Shown in pieces: positions 1 to 11,074 of a stretch of 64,000 nucleotides of DNA. Source of the DNA: Opitutaceae bacterium (GTDB lineage Bacteria; Verrucomicrobiota; Verrucomicrobiia; Opitutales; Coraliomargaritaceae). The notes below the pieces were generated by a model that saw nothing but the letters and a program-made list of their open reading frames with translations, was not told the DNA's origin and did no database searches. The stretch lies in assembly GCA_051252375.1 (NCBI GenBank), contig JBPOFY010000006.1, positions 1-64,000 on the forward strand, in the 5' to 3' direction. The position numbers were made by a program, and so were the translations under genes. How positions within the stretch are numbered: the stretch's first letter is position 1; every line of letters begins with the position of its first letter.

Positions 1-690
1 GTAGTCGGTGCAGGAGGTGGAGTGGGCACGCTCAACCTCGATGGTGATATCTACCTCGATCTGAGCGGTGCGGACACCACTCCCGGCAATGAATGGCTGC
101 TCATCAATGACAACCTATTGACGGTTAATTACGGCGGCACCTTCAGCGTGAATAGCTCGCTGGGAGTCTTCACCGAAACCGCAGTGGATTCCGGCATCTG
201 GGAAAGGGTCGATGGCCTCAACACCTGGACCTTTACCGAGGCAGATGGCACGCTATCGCTGCCATCTGGATTCGGCACATGGGCCTCCGACAACGGTCTT
301 GACGGAACTGCGGGCTTTGAAAACGGCGAGTTGGACGATCCTGAGTTCGACGGCATCGAGAATGTTCTCGAATACATCCTCGGTGGTGATCCTCTGTTAG
401 CTGATGCTTCGATCCTGCCAACTGGTGCGATCAACGGTGCCAACTACGAGTTGACCTTCAAACGTAGTGATGACTCTGAGAGCGACGCCACAGCAAGTGT
501 CGAGTTCGGCTCTGATCTGACATCCTTCCCGACTACAACAGAAGTCGTTCCAGCTGCGAGCGGCACAGTAGGCACTGTCGTCTTCACCATCACCGAGAAC
601 GGTGCGGATGCGGACGACGTAACCGCCTCGATCCCACATGGTGGTGCGACTGAGTTCTTCGGCCGTGCAAGCGGATCGCTGAACCCGTAA
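1..690 (+). CDS. 3' end of a large secreted/surface protein, truncated by the window; autotransporter-passenger-like beta region followed by an acidic C-terminal domain
   Basis: Frame open from base 1; G/T/D/N-rich; ends with FGTWASDNGL..DDPEFDGIENVLEYILGGDP..FFGRASG; terminator follows. Confidence 0.7.
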   Translation, partial: VVGAGGGVGTLNLDGDIYLDLSGADTTPGNEWLLINDNLLTVNYGGTFSVNSSLGVFTETAVDSGIWERVDGLNTWTFTEADGTLSLPSGFGTWASDNGLDGTAGFENGELDDPEFDGIENVLEYILGGDPLLADASILPTGAINGANYELTFKRSDDSESDATASVEFGSDLTSFPTTTEVVPAASGTVGTVVFTITENGADADDVTASIPHGGATEFFGRASGSLNP

Positions 691-713
691 GTCACTGACA
701 CATAACGAATCTC

Positions 714-745
714 AAAGCCCGTCTCCTGTTGGAGGCGGGCTTTTT
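714..745 (+). terminator. Rho-independent terminator
   Basis: aaagcccgtctcc-tgtt-ggaggcgggcttttt hairpin plus U-tract. Confidence 0.8.
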
Positions 746-839
746 CGTTGTAGGGGTCCTGGTGAACTGCTCTCGATTGGTGGCAGTGACCTATCTTTAA
801 AGCAGTTCACGTTCTTCATCAGTCATTTGGTATAGGCAC

Positions 840-862
840 AAAAAAGCCCGCAAGCTGCGGGC
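840..862 (-). terminator. Terminator downstream of tRNA-Ala
   Basis: gcccgca-agc-tgcgggc hairpin with an adjacent A-run on + (U-tract on -). Confidence 0.7.
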
Positions 863-868
863 GTAAAA

Positions 869-944
<76 letters not shown>

Positions 945-1071
945 TCAAGGGAAAGAGTGGAAGATGGAAAGTTGATCGGGAGCGTCAATAGAAAAGCTGT
1001 CGATTTGAGACAAAAAATGACGCCTGACTTGAGGATCTGGCTGTTGTCTCGGTTTGCGGGATGGCTGAATG

Positions 1072-1100
1072 AAAAAAGCCGCTCCCGGAGGAGCGGCTTT
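1072..1100 (-). terminator. glnII terminator
   Basis: aaaaaagccgctcc-cgga-ggagcggcttt. Confidence 0.8.
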
Positions 1101-1140
1101 GATTGAAAGCGTTTTGCAATCAGGCGAACCTGAAAGTGGC

Positions 1141-2169
<1,029 letters not shown>

Positions 2170-2260
2170 ATTATTGTGTATTTTGTCAGGTTGATTGACT
2201 GAGTTTGCTAGTCCGCAGGGCGGCTGTTCGAGCCAGAATTCCTTCGGATGTGACGATTTA

Positions 2261-2275
2261 GCAAAATGTATGCCA
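2261..2275 (-). promoter_or_regulatory. sigma54 (-24/-12) promoter for glnII
   Basis: Minus strand TGGCAT-ACATT-TTGC(T) fits TGGCAC-N5-TTGC. Confidence 0.75.
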
Positions 2276-2328
2276 GCGATGCGTCTGCAAGTTTTTTTGC
2301 ACATATTACTAAAAGATGTACCTGTCAG

Positions 2329-2343
2329 TGGCTCGAATCTTGC
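2329..2343 (+). promoter_or_regulatory. Possible sigma54 promoter for the kinase-phosphatase pair
   Basis: TGGCTC-GAATC-TTGC with correct GG/GC spacing, 37 nt before the ATG. Confidence 0.55.
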
Positions 2344-2380
2344 CAACGGTGGGTATGTCTCCCTAAATTGTGCACTATCT

Positions 2381-2830
2381 ATGCATGAGGCGAAAAATAC
2401 GGCGCGAGCCACTGTTCACATCGGTTTTGATGGGCGCGTCCATAAGCAGTTTAAGGGCCCTCAGGCGAGAGAGCGCTATGAGAATGAGGTGCGTGTGCTG
2501 GAGTTCCTCGAAGCGAAGGACTGTGATTTTGTCCCTAAAATTTTAAGTCAGGACGATGAGACGCTGTTTCTAGTCACCTCCAATTGCGGCGCACGTGTGG
2601 ATCGGATCAGTCGCGAGAAAGTGGATCGAATTTTTGCCAAATTAGAGACATTTGGCGTGAGGCATGAGGATGCGGAGGTCCGCAATATCACTTATGACAA
2701 CCGTGAAGGTCGTTTTTGTGTCATTGATTTTGAGTTCGCGAGCATTCTGGAGCCTGGCTATCCGCCGTCTCCAGAGATGCGGGCGAATCCTGATCGTGCA
2801 GCTTGGCAGAAGCAGGGGGATGGTGCGTAA
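2381..2830 (+). CDS. Minimal protein-kinase-like protein (149 aa)
   Basis: VHK lysine, ENE alphaC Glu, HEDAEVRN catalytic loop (HxDxxxxN), IDFE motif. Confidence 0.75.
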   Translation: MHEAKNTARATVHIGFDGRVHKQFKGPQARERYENEVRVLEFLEAKDCDFVPKILSQDDETLFLVTSNCGARVDRISREKVDRIFAKLETFGVRHEDAEVRNITYDNREGRFCVIDFEFASILEPGYPPSPEMRANPDRAAWQKQGDGA

Positions 2831-3660
2831 TGTCTGACGATCTAAATGAGGCGCGCAATATTCAGTGGTGGGGGCTGACTGATGTCGGTCGCTATCGTAA
2901 AAACAATGAAGATGCGTTTTTGGCGCTCACCGTTGACGGGGAGGGCGTGCGCCGCTTGGGGAAATATGGTGAATCGGGCTTAGAGGCTACAGATTTTATT
3001 TTTGCCGTGAGTGATGGGATGGGCGGAGCCAATGCGGGCGAATTTGCCAGTCAGATCGCGGTGGATAAAATTACTCGCTTATTTCCTCAAACTTTTCGTT
3101 CCGCTGCCAAGGGACTTTCTGTTGGCTTCCAAGACTTACTGTTGGAGCTATTTGATCAGATTCACGGAGAGTTGACCTACATGGGGCAGTGTTATGAAGA
3201 GCTGTATGGCATGGGCGCGACTTTGAGCCTATGCTGGGTGCGACCGGGTTGGGTTTATTTTGCGCATGTTGGCGACAGTCGTATCTATCATTTACCAAAA
3301 GACGGTGGCATACAGCAAGTCAGTCACGATCACACGCATGTGGGATGGATGCAACGGGAAGGGAAATTGCGAGAAATTCAAGCGCGCTCGCATCCTGGAA
3401 GAAATGCACTGCAACAGGTGCTTGGTGGTAAGAATCAAAACTTAAGCCCTCAGTTTGGTGCGATTGGTTATGAGCCCGGTGACATGTTTATGATTTGCTC
3501 CGATGGGCTGGTCGAAGGACTTTGGGATAGCGGTATGAAACGACTGATTCGCAATCCGGGGCAATTAGATGAGGGGAATCCCGCTGAGCGCCTCGTGGCG
3601 GAAGCGGTGCGCACTGATGGCAAAGACAACACCACGGCAGTCGTGTTTGAAATGAGTTAA
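2830..3660 (+). CDS. PP2C/PPM-family Ser/Thr phosphatase
   Basis: TDVGRYRKNNED, AVSDGMGG, HVGDSRIY, CSDGL, DNTT; TAATG overlap with the kinase. Confidence 0.92.
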   Translation: MSDDLNEARNIQWWGLTDVGRYRKNNEDAFLALTVDGEGVRRLGKYGESGLEATDFIFAVSDGMGGANAGEFASQIAVDKITRLFPQTFRSAAKGLSVGFQDLLLELFDQIHGELTYMGQCYEELYGMGATLSLCWVRPGWVYFAHVGDSRIYHLPKDGGIQQVSHDHTHVGWMQREGKLREIQARSHPGRNALQQVLGGKNQNLSPQFGAIGYEPGDMFMICSDGLVEGLWDSGMKRLIRNPGQLDEGNPAERLVAEAVRTDGKDNTTAVVFEMS

Positions 3661-4796
3661 TCGAGTAAGAATTCGATGCAGATGGGACTGCCATCAAATG
3701 AGGTCAGCGCTTCTGCTTGACTGAGCGTGCCGCAATTTAGATCAATCTTGAAAGTTGCGATGTTGTTCGATTTCTGACCCCCGACAAGAAGCCATTGACC
3801 GCTGGGATCGATATTGAAATTACGGGGAACGCTGACACCTGCAGGGATAACTTGAATTAGCTCGATGTGACCGTTCGAAGGGGCAATTGAGAAAACGCTT
3901 AAACTGTCGCGTCCGCGCCCCTTGGTGTCGCGGTTTGCATTGTATAGATATTTACCGGTAGGATGGATCCGGATTTCAGAGCTAGTCATGTCTTTTAGGT
4001 CAGTTCGATCTCGGAGGCTTGATGCGGTATTGATGTAGGTGAGCGCACCTGTCTGAGTATTGGTTTCGTAAAGCACGACTTCTTGGCTCAACTCATTCAA
4101 GACATACGCAAAGCGACCGTCCTCTGAGAATTTCATGTGCCGTGGACCTTTGCTGCCGCCGGGAACTTTCGCGCTGGATGCGGGAGTGAGTGTCGCGGTT
4201 TGTGTGTCGAGGGCGTAAATCACGACTTGGTCGATGCCTAGGTCGGCGGCATATACAAATGTGTTGCTGGGATTTGTGATAATGGAATGCGGGTGAGGTT
4301 TTTTTTGTCGGTGGGGGTGCTGCCCAGAGCCTTGGTGTAGGTGATTCGAAGTGGATGGATTGAGTGATCCATCTTTATTCACTTTTAGGGCGGCAACACT
4401 TTGGTTGCTGCCATAGTTCGCGACCAAGAGTGTCTTGCCGGATCGATCCAGACTTATGTGGCAAGCGCCTATGCCCTCAGATGATTGGCTATTTATACGA
4501 CTGAGCGAATGATCATCCTCTATTCTAAAGGCAACGACCGAACTATGCTCCTGCTGACCAGCTTCTGTTGAATAGAGATACTGACCAGATGGATGGATGG
4601 TGATGAAGCCTGCGCTATCCAATGCAGCCACTTGTCTTGGTTGGCTGAGCTTACCTGTTTGGCTGTTTAAGTTGGCGTAATGGATGCCGCCGTCTTTCAG
4701 CGTTCCAAAATAGACTGCAATGTTGTCCGCATTTGTCGCGTGACTACTCAGGAGAATCGCCAGAACGTATTGAGTGAGGCAAATGAAGCAACGCAT
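3657..4796 (-). CDS. Lactonase family beta-propeller (6-phosphogluconolactonase-like), probably exported
   Basis: VANYG, RQKKPHPH, ADLGID, GPRHM, PRNFNIDPSG; hydrophobic N-terminus; start uncertain. Confidence 0.85.
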   Translation of the reverse strand: MRCFICLTQYVLAILLSSHATNADNIAVYFGTLKDGGIHYANLNSQTGKLSQPRQVAALDSAGFITIHPSGQYLYSTEAGQQEHSSVVAFRIEDDHSLSRINSQSSEGIGACHISLDRSGKTLLVANYGSNQSVAALKVNKDGSLNPSTSNHLHQGSGQHPHRQKKPHPHSIITNPSNTFVYAADLGIDQVVIYALDTQTATLTPASSAKVPGGSKGPRHMKFSEDGRFAYVLNELSQEVVLYETNTQTGALTYINTASSLRDRTDLKDMTSSEIRIHPTGKYLYNANRDTKGRGRDSLSVFSIAPSNGHIELIQVIPAGVSVPRNFNIDPSGQWLLVGGQKSNNIATFKIDLNCGTLSQAEALTSFDGSPICIEFLLD

Positions 4797-4893
4797 GCAA
4801 TCTATATGTAAGTTCTTAGAATGAGTTCGAAGATATTTCGTATTTCGAATTATGAGTGGGAGCAATTGCGATCAGGCATTTGCGCCACCAGAA

Positions 4894-7563
4894 CTAGCCT
4901 GTGGTTCTCAGCCCAGATGCGATTGCGTTGACGACACGTAGTAGGTTGTCAGTAGTTGCTGCATCCATTTTATCGCTGGCGCGTGCTTGTTGGAGTAGGT
5001 CGATTTGCTTTTTGTGCAGCGCGGCCAGCGGCACATCGCGTTCGGTGAGTGTCTTGTAGAAGCGCGGGCGACGCACAGTCAGTGGTCGAGTGAATAGCTT
5101 GCCAAGATGTTTAACGGTCCGTGATCGTTCGTCTAAGATTTGTTTTAAAATGCGTTTCCGAATAGAGGCGTCCTGCACAAGTCCTGCATAGGTGCGCATC
5201 CATTTTTCATCGGAGCTACTGATACTGCTTTCAATGTTGTAAAAGACATAGCGTAAGAATGGCGTCGCTTGTAGGTTCTCTTGAATGGCTTTGTAGGCTT
5301 CAGGTGCTTCACTTTCGAGTGCGTCGAGTGCGCTGCCGACACCATACCAACCAGGGACATAGTAGCGGGATTGATTCCAACTGAATACCCATGGGATCGC
5401 GCGAAGATCCTCTAGGCTAGCCTTGCCGGTTCTACGTGAGGGGCGTGAGCCGATACGACTTTGCTCAATCGCATCGATCGGTGTGGCCTGCCTGTAGAAA
5501 TCAATGAATCCGGGAGCTTCCAATAGTGCGCGGTAGGCGACGCGTGAGCTTTTGGCTAGAAATTCCACGGCGTCGTCGATCACCTTGTTGGGGCTTTGCT
5601 TTTTCGCGAGGAGTTGTGCGCCAAGACTTCCGGCAAGCAACCATTCAAGGTTGGCCGTGGCCGTAGCGGGAGTGTTGTATTTTTGGGCAATGACTTCGCC
5701 TTGCTCAGTTACGCGGAGACCTCCATTTAATGAGCCCTCTGGTAGGGCTTCGAGGAAGCGGTGAGTCGGTCCAGCGCCGCGACCGACGGTGCCACCGCGG
5801 CCGTGGAAAAAGCTGATTTTGACACCGTTGTCTTCGCCCACTTCGAATAGTTTACTTTGTGCGCTTTTCAGGATCCACTGACTCGCTAGTATACCAGTGT
5901 CCTTATTGCTGTCGCTGTAACCGAGCATGATTATGAAGCGTGGTTTCGTATTTGATTTACCAATACGAAGGCTGTGCTTTGTGCATGGATGCGATAGGAA
6001 TTCCTGAGTGATTCCTGGGGCGTTTTCAAGGTCTTCGTAAGTTTCGAAAAGTGGCACAACTGGCAAGATACAACGCAAGTGTCCCTTGTCCTGGTAGGTT
6101 AGGCCAACTTCTTTGCCGAGCACGTAAACCGTCAATAGGTCGACTAGGTTTCGCGTCATGCTAATGATCAAAGCGCCGACGCCTGCTGTGCCATATTGTT
6201 TGATATGTTTTGCAACCACGGCTAGCGTGTTTCTCGCTTCTGCGGCTTCCTTTGGTAGCTGCATCGATTTGTGTGTGAGTGGTCGCGGGGTGCTTAGTTC
6301 ATGATTGAGGAAATTAAGCTTCGCTTCTTCGCTCCAAGCTGGGAAGTTTTTTGCATCCTCGACGCCTGCAGCTACCATCATCTGGCTCAATGCCGTTTCG
6401 TAGAATTCACTATTTTGACGTATGTCAATTCGGGCGAGGTGTAGACCGATGCTTTCTAGTAGTCGCAGAAGTGGGCGCACATACGTGTCTGCGCTGCGTT
6501 GAGCATTTGCCTCGCTGAGCCAGTTGGACAACTGATCTAAATGCTTTTGCAATGTTTCAGAGGACAGTGTTTCGAGCTGTTGGTTTAGGCAATTTACGTA
6601 GGTCGACCAAGGCTCTTGGGTCGTGGTATCACCTCCCCATTTTTTGATCTGCTTGAGCAGTCCTGTCGGGCACTGAGTGCGCACCTCTGTGAAGGTTAGT
6701 TTCTGTGAGAGCGCATCCAGTCGAGTGTGGATGATCTGTAGCGCGGTTGCCCGCATCGTTTGCAAAGTCTCCGCGGTCACTTCCGCGGTTACCAAGGGGT
6801 GCCCGTCGCGGTCGCCGCCTACCCAAGAGCCAAATTGTAAATGTGGTAATTCGTCCAATTCGAGTGGTGCTTCCTTCGGCCACGTTTCTTTCCAAGCATG
6901 TTCTAGGTTTTCATCTAAGCGGTTGAACATGTCAGGGAAGACTTCACGCAAGTAATAGAGTAAGTTCTCAAGCTCATCTTTCACCTGTGGCTTATGCATG
7001 TAAATTTCGCCGGTTAACCAAAGTCGTTCAACGATCGCGCGAATCTCCGCGCAGTTCTGAATATTTTCATGCGCAGTGCGTTGACCTTCGCGGTGCCGTA
7101 ATAGGCGGACGATTTCGCGGTGTAAGCCGAGCACTGACCAGCGTTTGGCTTCAGTCGGGTGTTTAGTGAAAACGGGCTCGACCCATAGTTCGCTCAATTG
7201 CGCACGTATCTCACTTGGCTGGATCTGCGCTTCTTTTAGGCGACGTAGATAGTTTCCCCAGTGTCCGGGTTCGTGAGAGATGCCGAGCTTTGCTTCGCGA
7301 GTGCGACGCATGCTGTTGGCAACGTGCTCCTCGGCAAGATTCAGCAACTGGAAGTAGAAGGAGACAGCTTGCACGCAGTTGTCGTCCAAGTCGTCGGGCG
7401 AGACGCTTTTTAAGCGACCTTTGATCAATGACGCGGCTTGATCTTGTCCCATTGATTTAAGGACATCGACAAACGCTTCAACGAGAAAGCTATGTTCTTC
7501 TTCAACTTGGGCGAGGCCCTGTTCGACTAGTTCTAGAAATTGTTGTTTATCTGATGCACTCAT
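4894..7563 (-). CDS. ppc: Phosphoenolpyruvate carboxylase
   Basis: FTKHPTE, SWVGGDRDG, MLGYSDSNKD, FHGRGGTVGRG, LRAIPWVFSWNQSR, C-terminal GLRTTG. Confidence 0.95.
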   Translation of the reverse strand: MSASDKQQFLELVEQGLAQVEEEHSFLVEAFVDVLKSMGQDQAASLIKGRLKSVSPDDLDDNCVQAVSFYFQLLNLAEEHVANSMRRTREAKLGISHEPGHWGNYLRRLKEAQIQPSEIRAQLSELWVEPVFTKHPTEAKRWSVLGLHREIVRLLRHREGQRTAHENIQNCAEIRAIVERLWLTGEIYMHKPQVKDELENLLYYLREVFPDMFNRLDENLEHAWKETWPKEAPLELDELPHLQFGSWVGGDRDGHPLVTAEVTAETLQTMRATALQIIHTRLDALSQKLTFTEVRTQCPTGLLKQIKKWGGDTTTQEPWSTYVNCLNQQLETLSSETLQKHLDQLSNWLSEANAQRSADTYVRPLLRLLESIGLHLARIDIRQNSEFYETALSQMMVAAGVEDAKNFPAWSEEAKLNFLNHELSTPRPLTHKSMQLPKEAAEARNTLAVVAKHIKQYGTAGVGALIISMTRNLVDLLTVYVLGKEVGLTYQDKGHLRCILPVVPLFETYEDLENAPGITQEFLSHPCTKHSLRIGKSNTKPRFIIMLGYSDSNKDTGILASQWILKSAQSKLFEVGEDNGVKISFFHGRGGTVGRGAGPTHRFLEALPEGSLNGGLRVTEQGEVIAQKYNTPATATANLEWLLAGSLGAQLLAKKQSPNKVIDDAVEFLAKSSRVAYRALLEAPGFIDFYRQATPIDAIEQSRIGSRPSRRTGKASLEDLRAIPWVFSWNQSRYYVPGWYGVGSALDALESEAPEAYKAIQENLQATPFLRYVFYNIESSISSSDEKWMRTYAGLVQDASIRKRILKQILDERSRTVKHLGKLFTRPLTVRRPRFYKTLTERDVPLAALHKKQIDLLQQARASDKMDAATTDNLLRVVNAIASGLRTTG

Positions 7564-7601
7564 GGTAGTTGCGATACGGGCAGGTAGCGGTGGTAGCTTA
7601 T

Positions 7602-7616
7602 GCGAATTCTGTGCCA
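7602..7616 (-). promoter_or_regulatory. Possible sigma54 promoter for ppc
   Basis: Minus strand TGGCAC-AGAAT-TCGC(A), 38 nt upstream of the ATG. Confidence 0.6.
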
Positions 7617-7781
7617 AAGTAGGTAAGATTATTCGCAGGTCGAATATCTTCCACATAAATCACTATGTCACTGCTTTTATAGATTATACATGAACACAAT
7701 GTCGTGTTTTGATCTAGGTTGGGCATATTGCGAAAAGCATTTCGTGATTTACAAAACGTGTGAGTGCTGCATGCTAACGGA

Positions 7782-8138
7782 ATGTCCTCTTTGAATTGGA
7801 GTTTTTTCACGAATCACTTTCATGTTTTGATCTGTCTCGCGCGTGAGCCCGATCAGCCTTTGCGTAAAGTAGCTTTATCGGTTGGCATCACCGAACGAGC
7901 GGTGCAGCGGATAATCGCTGACCTCGAAGAGGCGGGTTATCTCAGTCGCGAACGGGTAGGGCGACAGAATGCATACCACCTTCACCTAGATGCGCCTCTG
8001 CAGGATGAATTGGAATCGGGTCGAACCATCGGCCAAGTTCTAGAGGTGATGGCTTCTTCTCAGCACGATGGAGTGGATCTCGATGACGACAAAGTGCTGG
8101 AGAATTGGACTGTCGGGGAGCACGGCTCAGAGGTTTAA
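7782..8138 (+). CDS. Small winged helix-turn-helix transcriptional regulator
   Basis: [43 protein letters not shown]. Confidence 0.85.
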   Translation: MSSLNWSFFTNHFHVLICLAREPDQPLRKVALSVGITERAVQRIIADLEEAGYLSRERVGRQNAYHLHLDAPLQDELESGRTIGQVLEVMASSQHDGVDLDDDKVLENWTVGEHGSEV

Positions 8139-8144
8139 AAATAA

Positions 8145-8170
8145 AACATATCAAATTATCCTGATATGTT
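8145..8170. promoter_or_regulatory. Palindromic operator upstream of metK-ahcY (SahR-like box)
   Basis: AACATATCA-N8-TGATATGTT perfect 9-bp inverted repeat; core resembles ATATCAA-N6-TTGATAT. Confidence 0.65.
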
Positions 8171-8218
8171 GATGTAAGACTTGCATTTTTAGGGAAGTGG
8201 GGAATACTTCGCGTTCTT

Positions 8219-9382
8219 ATGAGCAAAAACTTCATCTTTTCCTCCGAGTCTGTTGGCGAAGGCCATCCAGATAAAGTAGCTGATTACATCTCCGATAGTG
8301 TGCTTGACGCATGCTTGGCGCAAGATCCCAAGAGTCGCGTGGCTTGCGAGACCTTAGTGAAGAGCAATTGTGTTTTTCTAGCTGGTGAAATCACCACCGA
8401 TGCGAATCTCAATTACGAGCAAATCGTCCGGGAGGCCATTCGCGACATTGGCTACGTGAATGACGACGATATTTTCCATGCGGACAAAGTGTTCATTTCT
8501 AACATTTTGACAGCGCAGTCCTCTGATATCGCTCAAGGTGTCAATGCTGCTGAAGCTGAGGGTAAAGATACCGCAGAGCAGGGTGCAGGTGACCAAGGCA
8601 TTATGTTTGGTTATGCTTGTAATCAAACAGCTGAGTTGATGCCGGCTCCTATCATGTATGCACACCGCCTCCTTCGTGAGATGGCGCATCAGCGTAAAGA
8701 TGTTAAAATCCCATGGCTTCGCCCGGACGTGAAGAGCCAAGTTGCGCTCGAATACGTCGATGGTAAGGCAGTCGCGATTAAGAACGTCGTTATTTCCACA
8801 CAACATGCTGCAAATGTGAAGCACGCTGAAATTAAGGAATTTTGTATCGAAGAAGTTATTCGTAAAGTGCTCCCAGCCGAGTTACTTACGGATCAGACTG
8901 AGTATTTGATCAATCCCACAGGTAATTTCGTGATTGGTGGCCCTCAAGGGGATGCTGGTTTGACTGGACGTAAGATCATCGTCGATACCTACGGTGGTTG
9001 GGCGCGTCATGGTGGCGGTGCCTTCTCTGGTAAAGATCCGTCAAAGGTCGACCGTTCGGCTGCTTACTTCACACGTTGGGTCGCTAAGAACATCGTTGCT
9101 GCGGGTCTAGCCGATGCATGTGAGCTCGAAGTTGCATATGCAATTGGCCACCCGTATCCAACCAGTATTCACGTTGATACCTTTGGCACCGGGATTGTTT
9201 CTGATGAGCAAATTTCTGCTGCCGCGCAAAAGGTCTTCAGCTTCAAGCCAGCTGACATCGTCAGTCAGCTCGATCTGCTACGCCCAATTTACCGCGAATC
9301 CACGCACTACGGTCACTTCGCGAAGGAAAACCTTCCATGGGAGTCCACTGCCAAAGCCGAAGCGCTCAAGGCAGCACTATAG
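8219..9382 (+). CDS. metK: S-adenosylmethionine synthetase
   Basis: [40 protein letters not shown]. Confidence 0.98.
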   Translation: MSKNFIFSSESVGEGHPDKVADYISDSVLDACLAQDPKSRVACETLVKSNCVFLAGEITTDANLNYEQIVREAIRDIGYVNDDDIFHADKVFISNILTAQSSDIAQGVNAAEAEGKDTAEQGAGDQGIMFGYACNQTAELMPAPIMYAHRLLREMAHQRKDVKIPWLRPDVKSQVALEYVDGKAVAIKNVVISTQHAANVKHAEIKEFCIEEVIRKVLPAELLTDQTEYLINPTGNFVIGGPQGDAGLTGRKIIVDTYGGWARHGGGAFSGKDPSKVDRSAAYFTRWVAKNIVAAGLADACELEVAYAIGHPYPTSIHVDTFGTGIVSDEQISAAAQKVFSFKPADIVSQLDLLRPIYRESTHYGHFAKENLPWESTAKAEALKAAL

Positions 9383-9426
9383 GAGTCTAACTTCTAATTT
9401 CTTTCTTCTAACTACTTTTAAATATT

Positions 9427-10866
9427 ATGAGCACAGACACACTAACTAAGACCGATTATAAGGTAAAAGATATCAACCTTGCAGACTTCGGTCGCAAGGA
9501 AGTTGAAATTGCACAATTTGAAATGCCTGGCCTCATGGCTACGTGTGAGAAATATGCAGCGGAGCAGCCACTCAAGGGTGTGCGTATCATGGGTTCATTG
9601 CACATGACGATTCAGACAGCAGTGCTGATCGAAACGCTCCAGAAACTCGGTGCGGATGTGCGCTGGTGCTCTTGCAATATTTTCTCCACACAAGATCACG
9701 CGGCTGCATATGTTGCCAAGAATCTAGACGTGCCGGTTTTCGCCTGGAAGGGTGAAACACTTGAAGAATACTGGTGGTGCACCGAGCAAGCGCTCACATG
9801 GCCTGATGGTTCTGGTCCGCAACTTATCGTCGACGACGGTGGTGATGCGACACTCCTCATTCACAAAGGTAAGGAGCTCGAAGACGGTAGCGATTGGGTG
9901 AACTCTGATTCCGAAAGCATGGAAGAGGCGGTCATCAAGGGTCTGCTTAGAAAGATCAACGCTGCGAAGCCAAACCACTGGAACGAAGTTGTGAAAGAGT
10001 GGAAGGGCGTTTCTGAAGAAACCACCACTGGTGTGCACCGTCTCTACGAAATGCACAACGCCGGTAAACTGCTCGTTCCTGCGATCAATGTGAACGACTC
10101 CGTTACAAAATCGAAATTCGATAACCTTTACGGTTGCCGCGAATCTTTACTCGACGGCATCAAGCGCGCTACTGACGTGATGATTGCTGGTAAAGTCGGT
10201 GTTGTCTGTGGCTATGGTGACGTGGGTAAAGGCTGTGCCGCAGCACTCAAAGGTATGGGCGCACAAGTGGTCGTTACTGAAGTTGATCCAATCTGCGCAT
10301 TACAAGCTGCAATGGAAGGTCACCGCGTTTTGACTGTCGAAGACACACTTGGTTGGGGCGACATTTATGTCACCACTACCGGTAACTATGGCATCATCAC
10401 AGCAGATCACATGTCGAAGATGAAAGACCAAGCGATCGTATGTAACATCGGTCACTTCGATAACGAAATCGGAGTGGATGCAATGAATGATATGCCCGGT
10501 GTTGAAGTTGAGATGATCAAGCCTGACAATGAAGGTGCGGTTGATAAATATACTTTCCCAGATGGTCACAGCATTTACTTGCTAGCCAAGGGTCGTCTCG
10601 TGAACCTCGGTTGTGCGACTGGTCACCCGTCTTTTGTCATGTCGAACAGCTTCACCAACCAAGCGCTCGCTCAAATTGAGCTCTGGAAGCAAGTTGAGAA
10701 ATACACTCCTGGTGTTTACATCCTGCCAAAGCACATCGACGAAGAAGTTGCACGTCTACACCTTGAGAAAATCGGTTGTAAGCTCACCAAGCTTAGTGAG
10801 AAACAAGCTTCTTACATCGGCGTGAAGCCAAATGGCCCATACAAGCCAGAGCATTACCGTTACTAG
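9427..10866 (+). CDS. ahcY: Adenosylhomocysteinase
   Basis: [53 protein letters not shown]. Confidence 0.98.
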   Translation: MSTDTLTKTDYKVKDINLADFGRKEVEIAQFEMPGLMATCEKYAAEQPLKGVRIMGSLHMTIQTAVLIETLQKLGADVRWCSCNIFSTQDHAAAYVAKNLDVPVFAWKGETLEEYWWCTEQALTWPDGSGPQLIVDDGGDATLLIHKGKELEDGSDWVNSDSESMEEAVIKGLLRKINAAKPNHWNEVVKEWKGVSEETTTGVHRLYEMHNAGKLLVPAINVNDSVTKSKFDNLYGCRESLLDGIKRATDVMIAGKVGVVCGYGDVGKGCAAALKGMGAQVVVTEVDPICALQAAMEGHRVLTVEDTLGWGDIYVTTTGNYGIITADHMSKMKDQAIVCNIGHFDNEIGVDAMNDMPGVEVEMIKPDNEGAVDKYTFPDGHSIYLLAKGRLVNLGCATGHPSFVMSNSFTNQALAQIELWKQVEKYTPGVYILPKHIDEEVARLHLEKIGCKLTKLSEKQASYIGVKPNGPYKPEHYRY

Positions 10867-10913
10867 AATTAGGGGAGGCGCTTCATTGCGTATCCGTTCA
10901 TAAGTTTAACTAC

Positions 10914-10948
10914 AACAGGCGCTTCCGTAATGGGAGCGCCTGTTTTTT
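10914..10948 (+). terminator. Terminator after ahcY
   Basis: aacaggcgcttcc-gtaat-gggagcgcctgtttttt. Confidence 0.85.
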
Positions 10949-11074
10949 GGTATTTGTGCAAAATTAATAGGTTCATGTACTTGCATTTATGGATTGTTAG
11001 ATTTATATGAGGGACTTACCTTACATATTTTTAACAATCTAACCTAAGTCACATAACCATAACACATAATCATT

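Noticed and set aside
2170..2260. Glutamine (glnA) riboswitch in the glnII leader
   Set aside because: I could not find the conserved core of that motif by eye; an Rfam scan would settle it
8139..8218. SAM or SAH riboswitch before metK
   Set aside because: The spacer is only 80 nt, AT-rich, and better explained by an operator and promoter
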